Shown: positions 24,644 through 41,154 of the stretch, one piece after another
How positions within the stretch are numbered: the first letter of the stretch is position 1
How the letters are laid out: each line of letters opens with the position of its first letter
Assembly (NCBI GenBank): GCA_964016885.1
Contig: OZ024741.1
Span: 250,604,001 to 250,668,000 of the forward strand
Origin: Eledone cirrhosa
Lineage: Eukaryota
Length of the DNA: 64,000 bases
Reading direction: 5' to 3'
Made by a program: the position numbers and the translations under genes
Notes under the pieces: model-generated
Databases searched by the model: none
Told to the model about the DNA's origin: nothing
What the model saw: the letters and a program-made list of their open reading frames with translations, nothing else

Positions 24644-27600
24644 AACAAACCAATTAAAACGCCATTAAAACGCCACAAAACACAATAAAATGTCATAAAA
24701 ACGCCATTAAAACATCACAAAAAGCCCAATTAAAAAACCATTAATAATGTCATTAAAAATTCCATAAAAATCCATTAAAAACTCCACTAAAAGCCCATTA
24801 AAAAGTTCATTAAAAGCCATATTATAAATTTCATAAAAAACAATTGAAAACCCCATTATTTATGAGCCTTTTTTTATGAGTTTTTAATAGTGTTTTAATT
24901 CAGTTTTTAATTGCGTTTAAAATTGGGTTTTAATGGCTTTTTAATGGTGTTTTAATGGGATTTTCGATGGTGTTTAATGGGTTTTTTATGGAGTTTTTAA
25001 TTGGGTTTTCAATGGTGTTGTTTATGAGTTTTTAAATGGGTTTTTAATGGAATTTTTGATTGCGTTTTTAATGAAATTTTTAATAGATTCAAGGATGTTT
25101 TAATGGAGTTTTTAATGGCGTTTTAATTGTGTTTTTATGGTGTTTAAATGCGTTTTAATGATTTTTAATTGGGTTTTTAATGGAGTATTTTTAATGAGCT
25201 CTTAATGGATTTTTCAATTGGATACTTAATGGGTTTTAATGGAATTTATAATAAGGGTTCTAATTGACTTTAAATATGATTTTTAATGGAGTTTTTAATG
25301 AAATTTCTAATGGTGTTTTTAATTGCGTTTCCCCCCGTGAGGGTTTTAATGGCATTTTAAATGACATTTTAATGAGTTTTTATGATGTTTTAATGGCGTT
25401 GTAATTGTTTTTTATTGGGTTTTTAATATAATTTTGTATGAGCTTTTAATGGGGGTTTTCAATGTTGTTTTTAATGGAGTGTTTAATGGAATTTTAATGG
25501 GGGTTTGATAAAAAAAAATTAATTGTTTTTAATTTAATTTTTAATGCGTTTTTGATGGTGTTTAAGTGCGTTCATGATGATCTTTTTAATGGATTTTTAA
25601 TGGGGTTTTAATTGACTTTTTAATGGTGTTTTCAATGTAATTTTTAATGATAGTTTAATGGTGTTTTAATGACGTTTTAATTGTGTTTTTTATGGTGTTT
25701 TAGTGACGTTTAAATAGGATTTTTAATTGGTTTTTTAATTGAGTATTTATATGAGTTTTCACTGGTGTTTTTAATGGGTTTTTCAATATTGCATTTAATG
25801 AAATTTTTAATATGGTTTCAAATGGAATTTTTAATGTGTTTTTAATTGGGTTTCTAGTGACGTTTTTAATGGTACTTTAAATGACGTTTTAATGACTTTT
25901 ATGGCGTTTTAATGGGTTTTTTAATTGGGTTTTTAATGTAGTTTTTTAAAAGATCTTTACTTGGGATTTTATGGGTTTTCAATGCGGTTTTTAATGGTAT
26001 ATTAATGGAGTTTTTGGTGTGGTTGTTAATGGTATTAGTGACATTTTAATGTGTTTTTAATGGTGTTTTAAGCGAGTTTCTGATTTAGTTTAAATTTAAA
26101 TATTTGATGGTCCTTCTAATGGGCTTTAATGGATGTGTAATGTGTTTAATGCAATTTTAATGGGGTTTAATGGGGGTAGTAGGTTTCAATGGGTTTTAAT
26201 GGAGTTTTAATGGCTAGTGCTCTTTTTTTTAGAGTTTTTAATGGTGTTTTTAATGGTTTTTCATTGAGCTTTTAATTGCGTTTTTAATTGCGTTTTTAAT
26301 CTAGTTTTAAAATTGAGTTTTAATGGGTTTTTCAATTAGGTTTTTAATGGATTTATAATGGTGTTTTTTACGGACCCTTTAATTTTTTATAATGGGTTTT
26401 CAATGCCGTTTTAATGGTGTTTTTTAATGGTATCCTTAATGACGCTTCGATAAGTTTCAATGTTATTTTAATGGGGTTTTGATTGATTTTTTAATGGAGT
26501 TTTTTTTAATGAACTTTTATTGGGGTTTTCAATCAGGTTTTTAACTGAATTTTTAATGTTTTTCAATTAGATTTTTTATGGAGTTTTTATGGGCTTTTTA
26601 ATGAGTTTTTAATGGTGTGCTAATTGAGTTTTCAATTACCTTTTTAATTGAGTATAAAATCGAGTTTTTACTAAGTTTTTAATGAATTTTAATGGAATTT
26701 TAATGGGGTTTCCAATGGACTTTTAATTGTGTTTTAATGGGGTTTTAAAATTGGTTTTTAGTTCATTTTTCAGGGGCTTTTAATGGGGCTTAATGGGGGT
26801 TTAATGGGGGATTTAATTGAGTTTTTAATGGAGTTTAATAGAGTTTATAATGGAGGTTTTAATGGAGGTTTTAATGAAGTTTTAATGTAGTTTTTAATGA
26901 GGTTTTTAATGACGATTTTAATGGCGTTCTTAATGGCGTTTTAATGGTATTTTATGGCATTTTAATGACGGTTGTAATGGTTTTTAATGGAGTGTTAATT
27001 GGTCATTAATTGTATTTTAATGGGTTTTATGAGCTTTTTAATGGACTTTTTAGTGGTGTTTTTAATGGAGTTTTTAATGGGTCTTTTAATGGAGTATTTA
27101 ATTGGTTTTTAATGGTAATTTTAATGGAGTGTTTAATGTGTTTTTAATGGGGGAGAAGGGGGGTAAAATGCAGTTTTTAATTGAGTTATCAATGGAGTTT
27201 TTAATGACATTTTTTATGACGTTTTAATAGCGTTTTATGACTTTTTAATGACGTTTTAATGGTTTTTTTATTGGGTTTTGGGAGTTTTTATGAGCTTCTA
27301 ATTAGGTTTTAAATGGGGTTTTCAATGAGGTTTTTAGTGGAATTTTTAATGGGCCTTTAATGTATTTTTAATGGGATTTTAATGTTTTAAATGGTATTTT
27401 AAATGCTGTTTTAATGTTTCTTTTATGGCCTTTTAATTGGGTTTTTGATTGAGTTTTTAATGGATTTTTTTTAACGAGAATTATGAAGTTTAATGGGTTT
27501 CCAGTGTGTTTTAAATGAAGTTTTTGATAATATTTTTAATGGAATTTTAATGGCGGTTATGGGATTTTAATGGGTTCTGGTGGTATTTTTGTGGGTTTTA

Positions 27601-27982
27601 ATGGGGTGTTAAATGGTTTTAATGTTGTTTTACTTGCGCTTTCGATTACGTTTACAATTAAGTTTTTACTGTTTTTAATTGGATTTTTAATGGATTTTAA
27701 TGTGGTTTTTAATGGAATTTTAATTGTGTTTTAATATAGTTTTTAATGGGTTTCGGATGTAGCTTTTAATGGTGGTTTAGTGTGCTTTTTATTGGGTTTT
27801 TAATGAGTTTTTATGAGCTTTTCAATGGAGTTTTTAATGGTGTTTATATATATATATATATACATACATATATATGTATATATATATATTTACACATATA
27901 TATGTGTATATATATATGTGTATATATATATTTACACATATATATGTGTATATATATATTTACACATATATATGTGTATTAA

Positions 27983-28029
<47 letters not shown>

Positions 28030-28059
28030 TTAAATATATATATATATATATATATATAT

Positions 28060-28094
<35 letters not shown>

Positions 28095-28221
28095 TATATA
28101 TATATATATATATATTAAATATATATATATATATATATATATTAAATATATATATATATATATATATTAAATATATATATATATATATATATATATTAAA
28201 TATATATATATATATATATAT

Positions 28222-28266
<45 letters not shown>

Positions 28267-28855
28267 CACTTTCATGTTACACACTATATATAAACTGGGA
28301 TTTATATTTTGCGTTAGTGCCATATTAAGCTGACAACGATATATTCTTATCTTAAAAAATATTTTTTTTAGATCACATTGTTCTAGATATTATTAAAATT
28401 ATTAAATCTATTTTCAATTTGCACGAACACTTGCATATACTACATACATACATTTATATAGACACTAACACAAATATTAGCATATACATAATTTCTTAGT
28501 CATTGAGGATGTGTTTTTATACATACATATGCATATTGCATACATACATACACACATACAAGCATATACATAGACATACATACACACATATATACACACA
28601 CTGTATATATATATATACATACACACACACACACATATATATATACACACACACACTATATATATATAGTGTGTGTGGTGTATATATATATATGTGTGTG
28701 TGTGTATGTATATATATACAGTGTGTGTATATATATGTGTGTGTATGTGTATGTATATGCTTGTATGTGTGTATGTATGGATGCAATATGCATATGTATG
28801 TATAAAAAACACATCCTCAATTACTAAGAAAATATGTATATGCTAATATTTGTGT

Positions 28856-28887
<32 letters not shown>

Positions 28888-28946
28888 CGCACACACTATA
28901 TATATATATATACATACACACTATATATATATATATACACACACAC

Positions 28947-28995
<49 letters not shown>

Positions 28996-30462
28996 AATCC
29001 CATTAAAAACCACATTAAAAATTCAATTAAAAATCTATTTTGAAAAACCCATTAAAAACCCCATTATAAGCTCATAAAACACTCCATTAAAACCCCAACC
29101 AAACCCCCCATTAAAACACAATTAAAACATCATTAAGAATGCCAATAAAAGCGCCATTAAAAACCACATTGGAAACCCATAAAAACCCAATTAAAACAAA
29201 ATTAAAGTTTCCATTAAAAGTCCCCATTAAAACTCCATTAAAACCCCATTAAACCCCCCCTCGAAAAGACATTAAAACCTCAAATTTAAACCGAAATAAA
29301 AACTCAATTAAAACGCAATTAAAAACTCAATTAAAACACCATTAAAAACACAATTAAAAGCCCATTAAACCAATTAAAATTGCATTAACACACCACTAAG
29401 GTTGCATTGGAAAACCATTAAAAATGTCATTAAAAACTACACTGAAAACCCATTAAACCCCTATTAAAAGCGCACCCAAAACTTTATAAAAAAACAAATA
29501 AAAACCCCATTAAAATACCATTAAAACGGCATAAAACACCATTAAAACTACATTAAAACTCAATTAAAAATTCCATTTAAATCTCCATTATAAACTCAAT
29601 TAAAACTCCATTAAAACTCAATTAAAAACTCCATTAAAAACACACACACATGAAGTTTCATGCTGGCTTGCACACTTATAGCGATTGCTATTTCCTTTTA
29701 ATTTCATTAAAACTAGGATGTTTTAGAAAGATAAAAACAAAACTGAATAATGAAGAGACTAGGGAGGGGTAAAGAAAGGCAGATCAGGCTGTAGAGGACA
29801 GTAGGGGGAGAAGAGGGAAGAGACTTGGGAGGGGTAAAGAAAGGCAGATCTGGCTGTAGAGGACAGTAGGGGGAGAAGAGGGAGAAATAAACTAAATTAT
29901 AAACTAAGTTATAAACTAAATTAAAAACTCAATAAAATAAAATAAAATAAAATAAAATAAAATAAAATAAAATAAAATAAAATAAAATAAAATAAAATAA
30001 AATAAAATAAAATAAAATAAAATAAAATAAAATAAAATAAAAAAAAATAAAATAAAATAAAATAAAAAAAACTAAAAAATATAAATAAAATAAAATAAAA
30101 TAAATAAAATAAAATAAAATAAAATAAAATAAAATAAAATAAATAAAAATAAAATAAAATAAAAAAAAATAAAAAAAAATTAAATATAAAAAATAAATAA
30201 AATAAAATAAAATAAGAACTCAATTAAAAACTCAGTAAAAACTCAATTAAAAACTCAATTAAAAACTCAATCGAAGCACCATTAAAACACCATTAAAAAC
30301 TCCACTATAAACCCACTAAACCCATTAAAAACCAATTAAAAATTCAATTACACATCCCATTAGAAATTTCATTAAAAACTCAATTAAAAGTTCCATTGAA
30401 AACACATTCAAAACCCATTAACCCCATATTAAAAGTTCATAAAACTCTATTAAAAAACCAAT
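24644..30462 (+). repeat. Macrosatellite unit 5 (5819 bp; ~250 bp deletion near 27090)
   Basis: Anchor-to-anchor distance. The junction GGTCTTTTAATGGAGTATTT joins two segments that lie ~250 bp apart in other units. Confidence 0.93.
28466..28857. repeat. Palindrome copy, unit 5
   Basis: Same arms. Confidence 0.9.
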
Positions 30463-33400
30463 AACAAACCAATTAAAACGCCATTAAAACGCCACAAAAC
30501 AATAAAATGTCATAAAAACGCCATTAAAACATCACAAAAAGCCCGACTAAAAAACCATTAATAATGTCATTAAAAATTCCATAAAAATCCATTAAAAACT
30601 CCACTAAAAGCCCATTAAAAAGTTCATTAAAAGCCATATTATAAATTTCATAAAAAACAATTGAAAACCCCATTATTTATGAGCCTTTTTTATGAGTTTT
30701 TAATAGTGTTTTAATTCAGTTTTTAATTGCGTTTAAAATTGTGTTTTAATGGCTTTTTAATGGTGTTTTAATGGGATTTTCGATGGTGTTTAATGGGTTT
30801 TTTATGGAGTTTTTAATTGGGTTTTCAATGGTGTTGTTTATGAGTTTTTAAATGGGTTTTTAATGGAATTTTTGATTGCGTTTTTAATGAAATTTTTAAT
30901 AGATTCAAGGATGTTTTAATGGAGTTTTTAATGGTCTTTTTAATGGCGTTTTAATTGTGTTTTTATGGTGTTTAAATGCGTTTTAATGATTTTTAATTGG
31001 GTTTTTAATGGAGTATTTTTAATGAGCTCTTAATGGATTTTTCAATTGGATACTTAATGGGTTTTAATGGAATTTATAATAAGGGTTCTAATTGACTTTA
31101 AATATGATTTTTAATGGAGTTTTTAATGAAATTTCTAATGGTGTTTTTAATTGCGTTTCCCCCCGTGAGGGTTTTAATGGCATTTTAAATGACATTTTAA
31201 TGAGTTTTTATGATGTTTTAATGGCGTTGTAATTGTTTTTTATTGGGTTTTTAATATAATTTTGTATGAGCTTTTAATGGGGGTTTTCAATGTTGTTTTT
31301 AATGGAGTGTTTAATGGAATTTTAATGGGGGTTTGATAAAAAAAATTAATTGCTTTTTAATTTAATTTTTAATGCGTTTTTGATGGTGTTTAAGTGCGTT
31401 CATGATGATCTTTTTAATGGATTTTTAATGGGGTTTTAATTGAATTTTTAATGGCGTTTTCAATGTAATTTTTAATGATAGTTTAATGGTGTTTTAATGA
31501 CGTTTTAATTGTGTTTTTTATGGTGTTTTAGTGACGTTTAAATAGGATTTTTAATTGGTTTTTTAATTGAGTATTTATATGAGTTTTCACTGGTGTTTTT
31601 AATGGGTTTTTCAATATTGCATTTAATGAAATTTTTAATATGGTTTCAAATGGAATTTTTAATGTGTTTTTAATTGGGTTTCTAGTGACGTTTTTAATGG
31701 TACTTTAAATGACGTTTTAATGACTTTTATGGCGTTTTAATGGGTTTTTTAATTGGGTTTTTAATGTAGTTTTTTAAAAGATCTTTACTTGGGATTTTAT
31801 GGGTTTTCAATGCGGTTTTTAATGGTATATTAATGGAGTTTTTGGTGTGGTTGTTAATGGTATTAGTGACATTTTAATGTGTTTTTAATGGTGTTTTAAG
31901 CGAGTTTCTGATTTAGTTTAAATTTAAATATTTGATGGTCCTTCTAATGGGCTTTAATGGATGTGTAATGTGTTTAATGCAATTTTAATGGGGTTTAATG
32001 GGGGTAGTAGGTTTCAATGGGTTTTAATGGAGTTTTAATGGCTAGTGCTCTTTTTTTAGAGTTTTTAATGGTGTTTTTAATGGTTTTTCATTGAGCTTTT
32101 AATTGCGTTTTTAATTGCGTTTTTAATCTAGTTCAAACATTGAGTTTTAATGGGTTTTTCAATTAGGTTTTTAATGGATTTATAATGGTGTTTTTTACGG
32201 ACCCTTTAATTTTTTATAATGGGTTTTCAATGCCGTTTTAATGGTGTTTTTTAATGGTATCCTTAATGACGCTTCGATAAGTTTCAATGTTATTTTAATG
32301 GGGTTTTGATTGATTTTTTAATGGAGTTTTTTTAATGAACTTTTATTGGGGTTTTCAATCAGGTTTTTAACTGAATTTTTAATGTTTTTCAATTAGATTT
32401 TTTATGGAGTTTTTATGGGCTTTTTAATGAGTTTTTAATGGTGTGCTAATTGAGTTTTCAATTACCTTTTTAATTGAGTATAAAATCGAGTTTTTACTAA
32501 GTTTTTAATGAATTTTTAATGGAATTTTAATGGGGTTTCCAATGGACTTTTAATTGTGTTTTAATGGGGTTTTAAAATTGGTTTTTAGTTGCATTTTTCA
32601 GGGGCTTTTAATGGGGCTTAATGGGGGTTTAATGGGGGATTTAATTGAGTTTTTAATGGAGTTTAATAGAGTTTATAATGGAGGTTTTAATGGAGTTTTT
32701 AATGAAGTTTTAATGTAGTTTTTAATGAGGTTTTTAATGACGATTTTAATGGCGTTCTTAATGGCGTTTTAATGGTATTTTATGGCATTTTAATGACGGT
32801 TGTAATGGTTTTTAATGGAGTGTTAATTGGTTATTAATTGTATTTTAATGGGTTTTATGAGCTTTTTAATGGACTTTTTAGTGGTGTTTTTAATGGAGTT
32901 TTTAATGGGTCTTTTAATGGAATTTGCAATGTACTTTTTAATGGTGTTTTCAATTGTATTTTTAATGACGTTTTAATGGTGTTTTTTATGGCGTTTTAAT
33001 AGGATTTTTAATTGGTTTTTTAAAGGACTATTATTATGGGTTTTTTATGTAATTTTATAATGGGATTTTCAGTAGGGTTTTTAATTGGATTTTTAATGGA
33101 GTTTATAATATGGTTTTTAATTGGATTTTTAAAGAATTTATAATTGCGGTTTTAATATAGTGTTTAATGGAGTATTTAATTGGTTTTTAATGGTAATTTT
33201 AATGGAGTGTTTAATGTGTTTTTAATGGGGGAGGAGGGGGGTAAAATGTAGTTTTTAATTGAGTTATCAATGTAGTTTTTAATGACATTTTTAATGACGT
33301 TTTAATAGCGTTTTATGACGTTTTAATGACGTTTTAATGGTTTTTTAATTGGGTTTTGGGAGTTTTTATGAGCTTCTAATTAGGTTTTAAATGGGGTTTT

Positions 33401-34068
33401 CAATGAGGTTTTTAGTGGAATTTTTAATGGGCCTTTAATGTATTTTTAATGGGATTTTAATGTTTTTTATGGCGTTTTTAATGGTATTTTAAATGCTGTT
33501 TTAATGTTTCTTTTATGGCCTTTTAATTGGGTTTTTGATTGAGTTTTTAATGGATTTTTTTAACGAGAATTATGAAGTTTAATGGGTTTCCAGTGTGTTT
33601 TAAATGAAGTTTTTGATAATGTTTTTAATGGAATTTTAATGGCGGTTATGGGATTTTCATGGGTTCTGGTGGTATTTTTGTGGGTTTTAATGGGGTGTTA
33701 AATGGTTTTAATGTTGTTTTACTTGCGCTTTCGATTACGTTTACAATTAAGTTTTTACTGTTTTTAATTGGATTTTTAATGGATTTTAATGTGGTTTTTA
33801 ATGGAATTTTAATGGTGTTTTAATATAGTTTTTAATGGGTTTCGGATGTAGCTTTTAATGGTGGTTTAGTGTGCTTTTTATTGGGTTTTTAATGAGTTTT
33901 TATGAGCTTTTCAATGGAGTTTTTAATGGTGTTTATATATATATATATATACATACATATATATGTATATATATATATTTACACATATATATGTGTATAT
34001 ATATATGTGTATATATATATTTACACATATATATGTGTATATATATATTTACACATATATATGTGTAT

Positions 34069-34106
<38 letters not shown>

Positions 34107-34271
34107 TTAAATATATATATATATATATATATATTAAATATATATATATATATATATATATTAAATATATATATATATATATATATATATTAAATATATA
34201 TATATATATATATATATATTAAATATATATATATATATATATATATTAAATATATATATATATATATATAT

Positions 34272-34308
<37 letters not shown>

Positions 34309-34901
34309 CACTTTCATGTTACACACTATATATAAACTGGGATTTATATTTTGCGTTAGTGCCATATTAAGCTGACAACGATATATTCGTATCTTAAAAA
34401 ATATTTTTTTTAGATCACATTGTTCTAGATATTATTAAAATTATTAAATCTATTTTCAATTTGCACGAACACTTGCATATACTACATACATACATTTATA
34501 TAGACACTAACACAAATATTAGCATATACATAATTTCTTAGTCATTGAGGATGTGTTTTTATACATACATATGCATATTGCATACATACATACATACACA
34601 CATACAAGCATATACATAGACATACACACACACATATATACACACACTGTATATATATATATACATACACACACACACACATATATATATACACACACAC
34701 ACTATATATATATATAGTGTGTGGTGTATATATATATATGTGTGTGTGTGTATGTATATATATACAGTGTGTGTATATATATGTGTGTGTATGTGTATGT
34801 ATATGCTTGTATGTGTGTATGTATGGATGCAATATGCATATGTATGTATAAAAAACACATCCTCAATTACTAAGAAAATATGTATATGCTAATATTTGTG
34901 T

Positions 34902-34933
<32 letters not shown>

Positions 34934-34996
34934 CGCACACACTATATATATATATATATATACATACACACTATATATATATATATACACACACAC

Positions 34997-35043
<47 letters not shown>

Positions 35044-36534
35044 AATCCCATTAAAAACCACATTAAAAATTCAATTAAAAATCTATTTTGAAAAACCCAT
35101 TAAAAACCCCATTATAAGCTCATAAAACACTCCATTAAAACCCCAACCAAACCCCCCATTAAAACACAATTAAAACATCATTAAGAATGCCAATAAAAGC
35201 GCCATTAAAAACCACATTGGAAACCCATAAAAACCCAATTAAAACAAAATTAAAGTTTCCATTAAAAGTCCCCATTAAAACTCCATTAAAACCCCCATTA
35301 ACCCCCCCCCCTCGAAAAGACATTAAAACCTCAAATTTAAACCGAAATAAAAACTCAATAAAAACGCAATTAAAAACTCAATTAAAACACCATTAAAAAC
35401 ACAATTAAAAGCCCATTAAACCAATTAAAATTGCATTAACACACCACTAAGGTTCCATTGGAAAACCATTAAAAATGTCATTAAAAACTACACTGAAAAC
35501 CCATTAAACCCCTATTAAAAGCGCACCCAAAACTTTATAAAAAACCAAATAAAAACCCCATTAAAATACCATTAAAACGGCATAAAACACCATTAAAACT
35601 ACATTAAAACTCAATTAAAAATTCCATTTAAATCTCCATTATAAACTCAATTAAAACTCCATTAAAACTCAATTAAAAACTCCATTAAAAACACACACAC
35701 ATGAAGTTACATGCTGGCTTGCACACTTATAGCGATTGCTATTTCCTTTTAATTTCATTAAAACTAGGATGTTTTAGAAAGATAAAAACAAAACTGAATA
35801 ATGAAGAGACTAGGGAGGGGTAAAGAAAGGCAGATCAGGCTGTAGAGGACAGTAGGGGGAGAAGAGGGAAGAGACTTGGGAAGGGTAAAGAAAGGCAGAT
35901 CTGGCTGTAGAGGACAGTAGGGGGAGAAGAGGGAGAAATAAACTAAATTATAAACTAAGTTATAAACTAAATTATAAACTAAATTAAAAACTCAATAAAA
36001 TAAAATAAAATAAAATAAAATAAAATAAAATAAAATAAAATAAAATAAAATAAAATAAAATAAAATAAAATAAAATAAAATAAAATAAAATAAAATAAAA
36101 TAAAATAAAATAAAATAAAAAATAAAATAAAATAAAATAAAAAAAAACTAAAAAATATAAATAAAATAAAATAAAATAAATAAAATAAAATAAAATAAAA
36201 TAAAATAAAAAAAATAAAAATAAAATAAAATAAAAAAAAAATAAAAAAAAATTAAATATAAAAAATAAATAAAATAAAATAAAATAAGAACTCAATTAAA
36301 AACTCAGTAAAAACTCAATTAAAAACTCAATTAAAAACTCAATCGAAGCACCATTAAAACACCATTAAAAACTCCACTATAAACCCACTAAACCCATTAA
36401 AAACCAATTAAAAATTCAATTACACATCCCATTAGAAATTTCATTAAAAACTCAATTAAAAGTTCCATTGAAAACACATTCAAAACCCATTAACCCCATA
36501 TTAAAAGTTCATAAAACTCTATTAAAAACCCAAT
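30463..36534 (+). repeat. Macrosatellite unit 6 (6072 bp)
   Basis: Anchor-to-anchor distance; all modules present. Confidence 0.93.
34508..34903. repeat. Palindrome copy, unit 6
   Basis: Same arms. Confidence 0.9.
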
Positions 36535-39500
36535 AACAAACCAATTAAAACGCCATTAAAACGCCACAAAGCACAATAAAATGTCATAAAAACGCCATTA
36601 AAACATCACAAAAAGCCCAATTAAAAAACCATTAATAATGCCATTAAAAATTCCATAAAAATCCATTAAAAACTCCACTAAAAGCCCATTAAAAAGTTCA
36701 TTAAAAGCCATATTATAAATTTCATAAAAAACAATTGAAAACCCCATTATTTATGAGCCTTTTTTATGAGTTTTTAATAGTGTTTTAATTCAGTTTTTAA
36801 TTGCGTTTAAAATTGGGTTTTAATGGCTTTTTAATGGTGTTTTAATGGAATTTTAATGTGATTTTCGATGGTGTTTAATGGGTTTTTTATGGAGTTTTTA
36901 ATTGGGTTTTCAATGGTGTTGTTTATGAGTTTTTAAATGGGTTTTTAATGGAATTTTTGATTGCGTTTTTAATGAAATTTTTAATAGATTCAAGGATGTT
37001 TTAATGGAGTTTTTAATGGTCTTTTTAATGGCGTTTTAATTGTGTTTTTATGGTGTTTAAATGCGTTTTAATGATTTTTAATTGGGTTTTTAATGGAGTA
37101 TTTTTAATGAGCTCTTAATGGATTTTTCAATTGGATACTTAATGGGTTTTAATGGAATTTATAATAAGGGTTCTAATTGACTTTAAATATGATTTTTAAT
37201 GGAGTTTTTAATGAAATTTCTAATGGTGTTTTTAATTGCGTTTCCCCCCGTGAGGGTTTTAATGGCATTTTAAATGACATTTTAATGAGTTTTTATGATG
37301 TTTTAATGGCGTTGTAATTGTTTTTTATTGGGTTTTTAATATAATTTTGTATGAGCTTTTAATGGGGGTTTTCAATGTTGTTTTTAATGGAGTGTTTAAT
37401 GGAATTTTAATGGGGGTTTGATAAAAAAAATTAATTGCTTTTTAATTTAATTTTTAATGCGTTTTTGATGGTGTTTAAGTGCGTTCATGATGATCTTTTT
37501 AATGGATTTTTAATGGGGTTTTAATTGAATTTTTAATGGTGTTTTCAATGTAATTTTTAATGATAGTTTAATGGTGTTTTAATGACGTTTTAATTGTGTT
37601 TTTTATGGTGTTTTAGTGACGTTTAAATAGGATTTTTAATTGGTTTTTTAATTGAGTATTTATATGAGTTTTCACTGGTGTTTTTAATGGGTTTTTCAAT
37701 ATTGCATTTAATGAAATTTTTAATATGGTTTCAAATGGAATTTTTAATGTGTTTTTAATTGGGTTTCTAGTGACGTTTTTAATGGTACTTTAAATGACGT
37801 TTTAATGACTTTTATGGCGTTTTAATGGGTTTTTTAATTGGGTTTTTAATGTAGTTTTTTAAAAGATCTTTACTTGGGATTTTATGGGTTTTCAATGCGG
37901 TTTTTAATGGTATATTAATGGAGTTTTTGGTGTGGTTGTTAATGGTATTAGTGACATTTTAATGTGTTTTTAATGGTGTTTTAAGCGAGTTTCTGATTTA
38001 GTTTAAATTTAAATATTTGATGGTCCTTCTAATGGGCTTTAATGGATGTGTAATGTGTTTAATGCAATTTTAATGGGGTTTAATGGGGGTAGTAGGTTTC
38101 AATGGGTTTTAATGGAGTTTTAATGGCTAGTGCTCTTTTTTTTTAGAGTTTTTAATGGTGTTTTTAATGGTTTTTCATTGAGCTTTTAATTGCGTTTTTA
38201 ATTGCGTTTTTAATCTAGTTTAAAAATTGAGTTTTAATGGGTTTTTCAATTAGGTTTTTAATGGATTTATAATGGTGTTTTTTTACGGATCCTTTAATTT
38301 TTTATAATGGGTTTTCAATGCCGTTTTAATGGTGTTTTTTAATGGTATCCTTAATGACGCTTCGATAAGTTTCAATGTTATTTTAATGGGGTTTTGATTG
38401 ATTTTTTAATGGAGTTTTTTTAATGAACTTTTATTGGGGTTTTCAATCAGGTTTTTAACTGAATTTTTAATGTTTTTCAATTAGAATTTTTATGGAGTTT
38501 TTATGGGCTTTTTAATGAGTTTTTAATGGTGTGCTAATTGAGTTTTCAATTACCTTTTTAATTGAGTATAAAATCGAGTTTTTACTAAGTTTTTAATGAA
38601 TTTTTAATGGAATTTTAATGGGGGTTTCCAATGGACTTTTAATTGTGTTTTAATGGGGTTTTAAAATTGGTTTTTAGTTGCATTTTTCAGGGGCTTTTAA
38701 TGGGGCTTAATGGGGGTTTAATGGGGGATTTAATTGAGTTTTTAATGGAGTTTAATAGAGTTTATAATGGAGGTTTTAATGGAGTTTTTAATGAAGTTTT
38801 AATGTAGTTTTTAATGAGGTTTTTAATGACGATTTTAATGGCGTTCTTAATGGCGTTTTAATGGTATTTTATGGCATTTTAATGACGGTTGTAATGGTTT
38901 TTAATGGAGTGTTAATTGGTTATTAATTGTATTTTAATGGGTTTTATGAGCTTTTTAATGGACTTTTTAGTGGTGTTTTTAATGGAGTTTTTAATGGGTC
39001 TTTTAATGGAATTTGCAATGTAGTTTTTAATGGTGTTTTCAATTGTATTTTTAATGACGTTTTAATGGTGTTTTTTATGGCGTTTTAATAGGATTTTTAA
39101 TTGGTTTTTTAAAGGACTATTATTATGGGTTTTTTATGTAATTTTATAATGGGATTTTCAGTAGGGTTTTTAATTGGATTTTTAATGGAGTTTATAATAT
39201 GGTCTTTAATTGGATTTTTAAAGAATTTATAATTGCGGTTTTAATATAGTGTTTAATGGAGTATTTAATTGGTTTTTAATGGTAATTTTAATGGAGTGTT
39301 TAATGTGTTTTTAATGGGGGAGGAGGGGGTAAAATGCAGTTTTTAATTGAGTTATCAATGGAGTTTTTAATGACATTTTTAATGACGTTTTAATAGCGTT
39401 TTATGACGTTTTAATGACGTTTTAATGGTTTTTTAATTGGGTTTTGGGAGTTTTTATGAGCTTCTAATTAGGTTTTAAATGGGGTTTTCAATGAGGTTTT

Positions 39501-40161
39501 TAGTGGAATTTTTAATGGGCCTTTAATGTATTTTTAATGGGATTTTAATGTTTTTTATGGCGTTTTTAATGGTATTTTAAATGCTGTTTTAATGTTTCTT
39601 TTATGGCCTTTTAATTGGGTTTTTGATTGAGTTTTTAATGGATTTTTTTTAACGAGAATTATGAAGTTTAATGGGTTTCCAGTGTGTTTTAAATGAAGTT
39701 TTTGATTATATTTTTAATGGAATTTTAATGGCGGTTATGGGATTTTAATGGGTTCTGGTGGTATTTTTGTGGGTTTTAATGGGGTGTTAAATGGTTTTAA
39801 TGTTGTTTTACTTGCGCTTTCGATTACGTTTACAATTAAGTTTTTACTGTTTTTAATTGGATTTTTAATGGATTTTAATGTGGTTTTTAATGGAATTTTA
39901 ATGGTGTTTTAATATAGTTTTTAATGGGTTTCGGATGTAGCTTTTAATGGTGGTTTAGTGTGCTTTTTATTGGGTTTTTAATGAGTTTTTATGAGCTTTT
40001 CAATGGAGTTTTTAATGGTGTTTATATATATATATATATATATACATACATATATATGTATATATATATATTTACACATATATATGTGTATATATATATG
40101 TGTATATATATATTTACACATATATATGTTTATATATATATTTACACATATATATGTGTAT

Positions 40162-40201
<40 letters not shown>

Positions 40202-40202
40202 T

Positions 40203-40270
<68 letters not shown>

Positions 40271-40306
40271 TATATATATATTAAATATATATATATATAT
40301 ATATAT

Positions 40307-40341
<35 letters not shown>

Positions 40342-40364
40342 TATATATATATATATATATATAT

Positions 40365-40409
<45 letters not shown>

Positions 40410-41002
40410 CACTTTCATGTTACACACTATATATAAACTGGGATTTATATTTTGCGTTAGTGCCATATTAAGCTGACAACGATATATTCGTATCTTAAAA
40501 AATATTTTTTTTAGATCACATTGTTCTAGATATTATTAAAATTATTAAATCTATTTTCAATTTGCACGAACACTTGCATATACTACATACATACATTTAT
40601 ATAGACACTAACACAAATATTAGCATATACATAATTTTTTAGTCATTGAGGATGTGTTTTTATACATACATATGCATATTGCATACATACATACATACAC
40701 ACATACAAGCATATACATAGACATACACACACACATATATACACACACTGTATATATATATATACATACACACACACACACATATATATATACACACACA
40801 CACTATATATATATATAGTGTGTGGTGTATATATATATATGTGTGTGTGTGTATGTATATATATACAGTGTGTGTATATATATGTGTGTGTATGTGTATG
40901 TATATGCTTGTATGTGTGTATGTATGGATGCAATATGCATATGTATGTATAAAAAACACATCCTCAATTACTAAGAAAATATGTATATGCTAATATTTGT
41001 GT

Positions 41003-41034
<32 letters not shown>

Positions 41035-41040
41035 CGCACA

Positions 41041-41075
<35 letters not shown>

Positions 41076-41105
41076 CACACTATATATATATATATACACA
41101 CACAC

Positions 41106-41154
<49 letters not shown>

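Noticed and set aside
29921-30223. Minus-strand FILFY-repeat ORFs (also 35984, 41988, 48092, 54238, 62516)
   Set aside because: Translation of (ATTTT)n with non-ATG starts; not a membrane protein.
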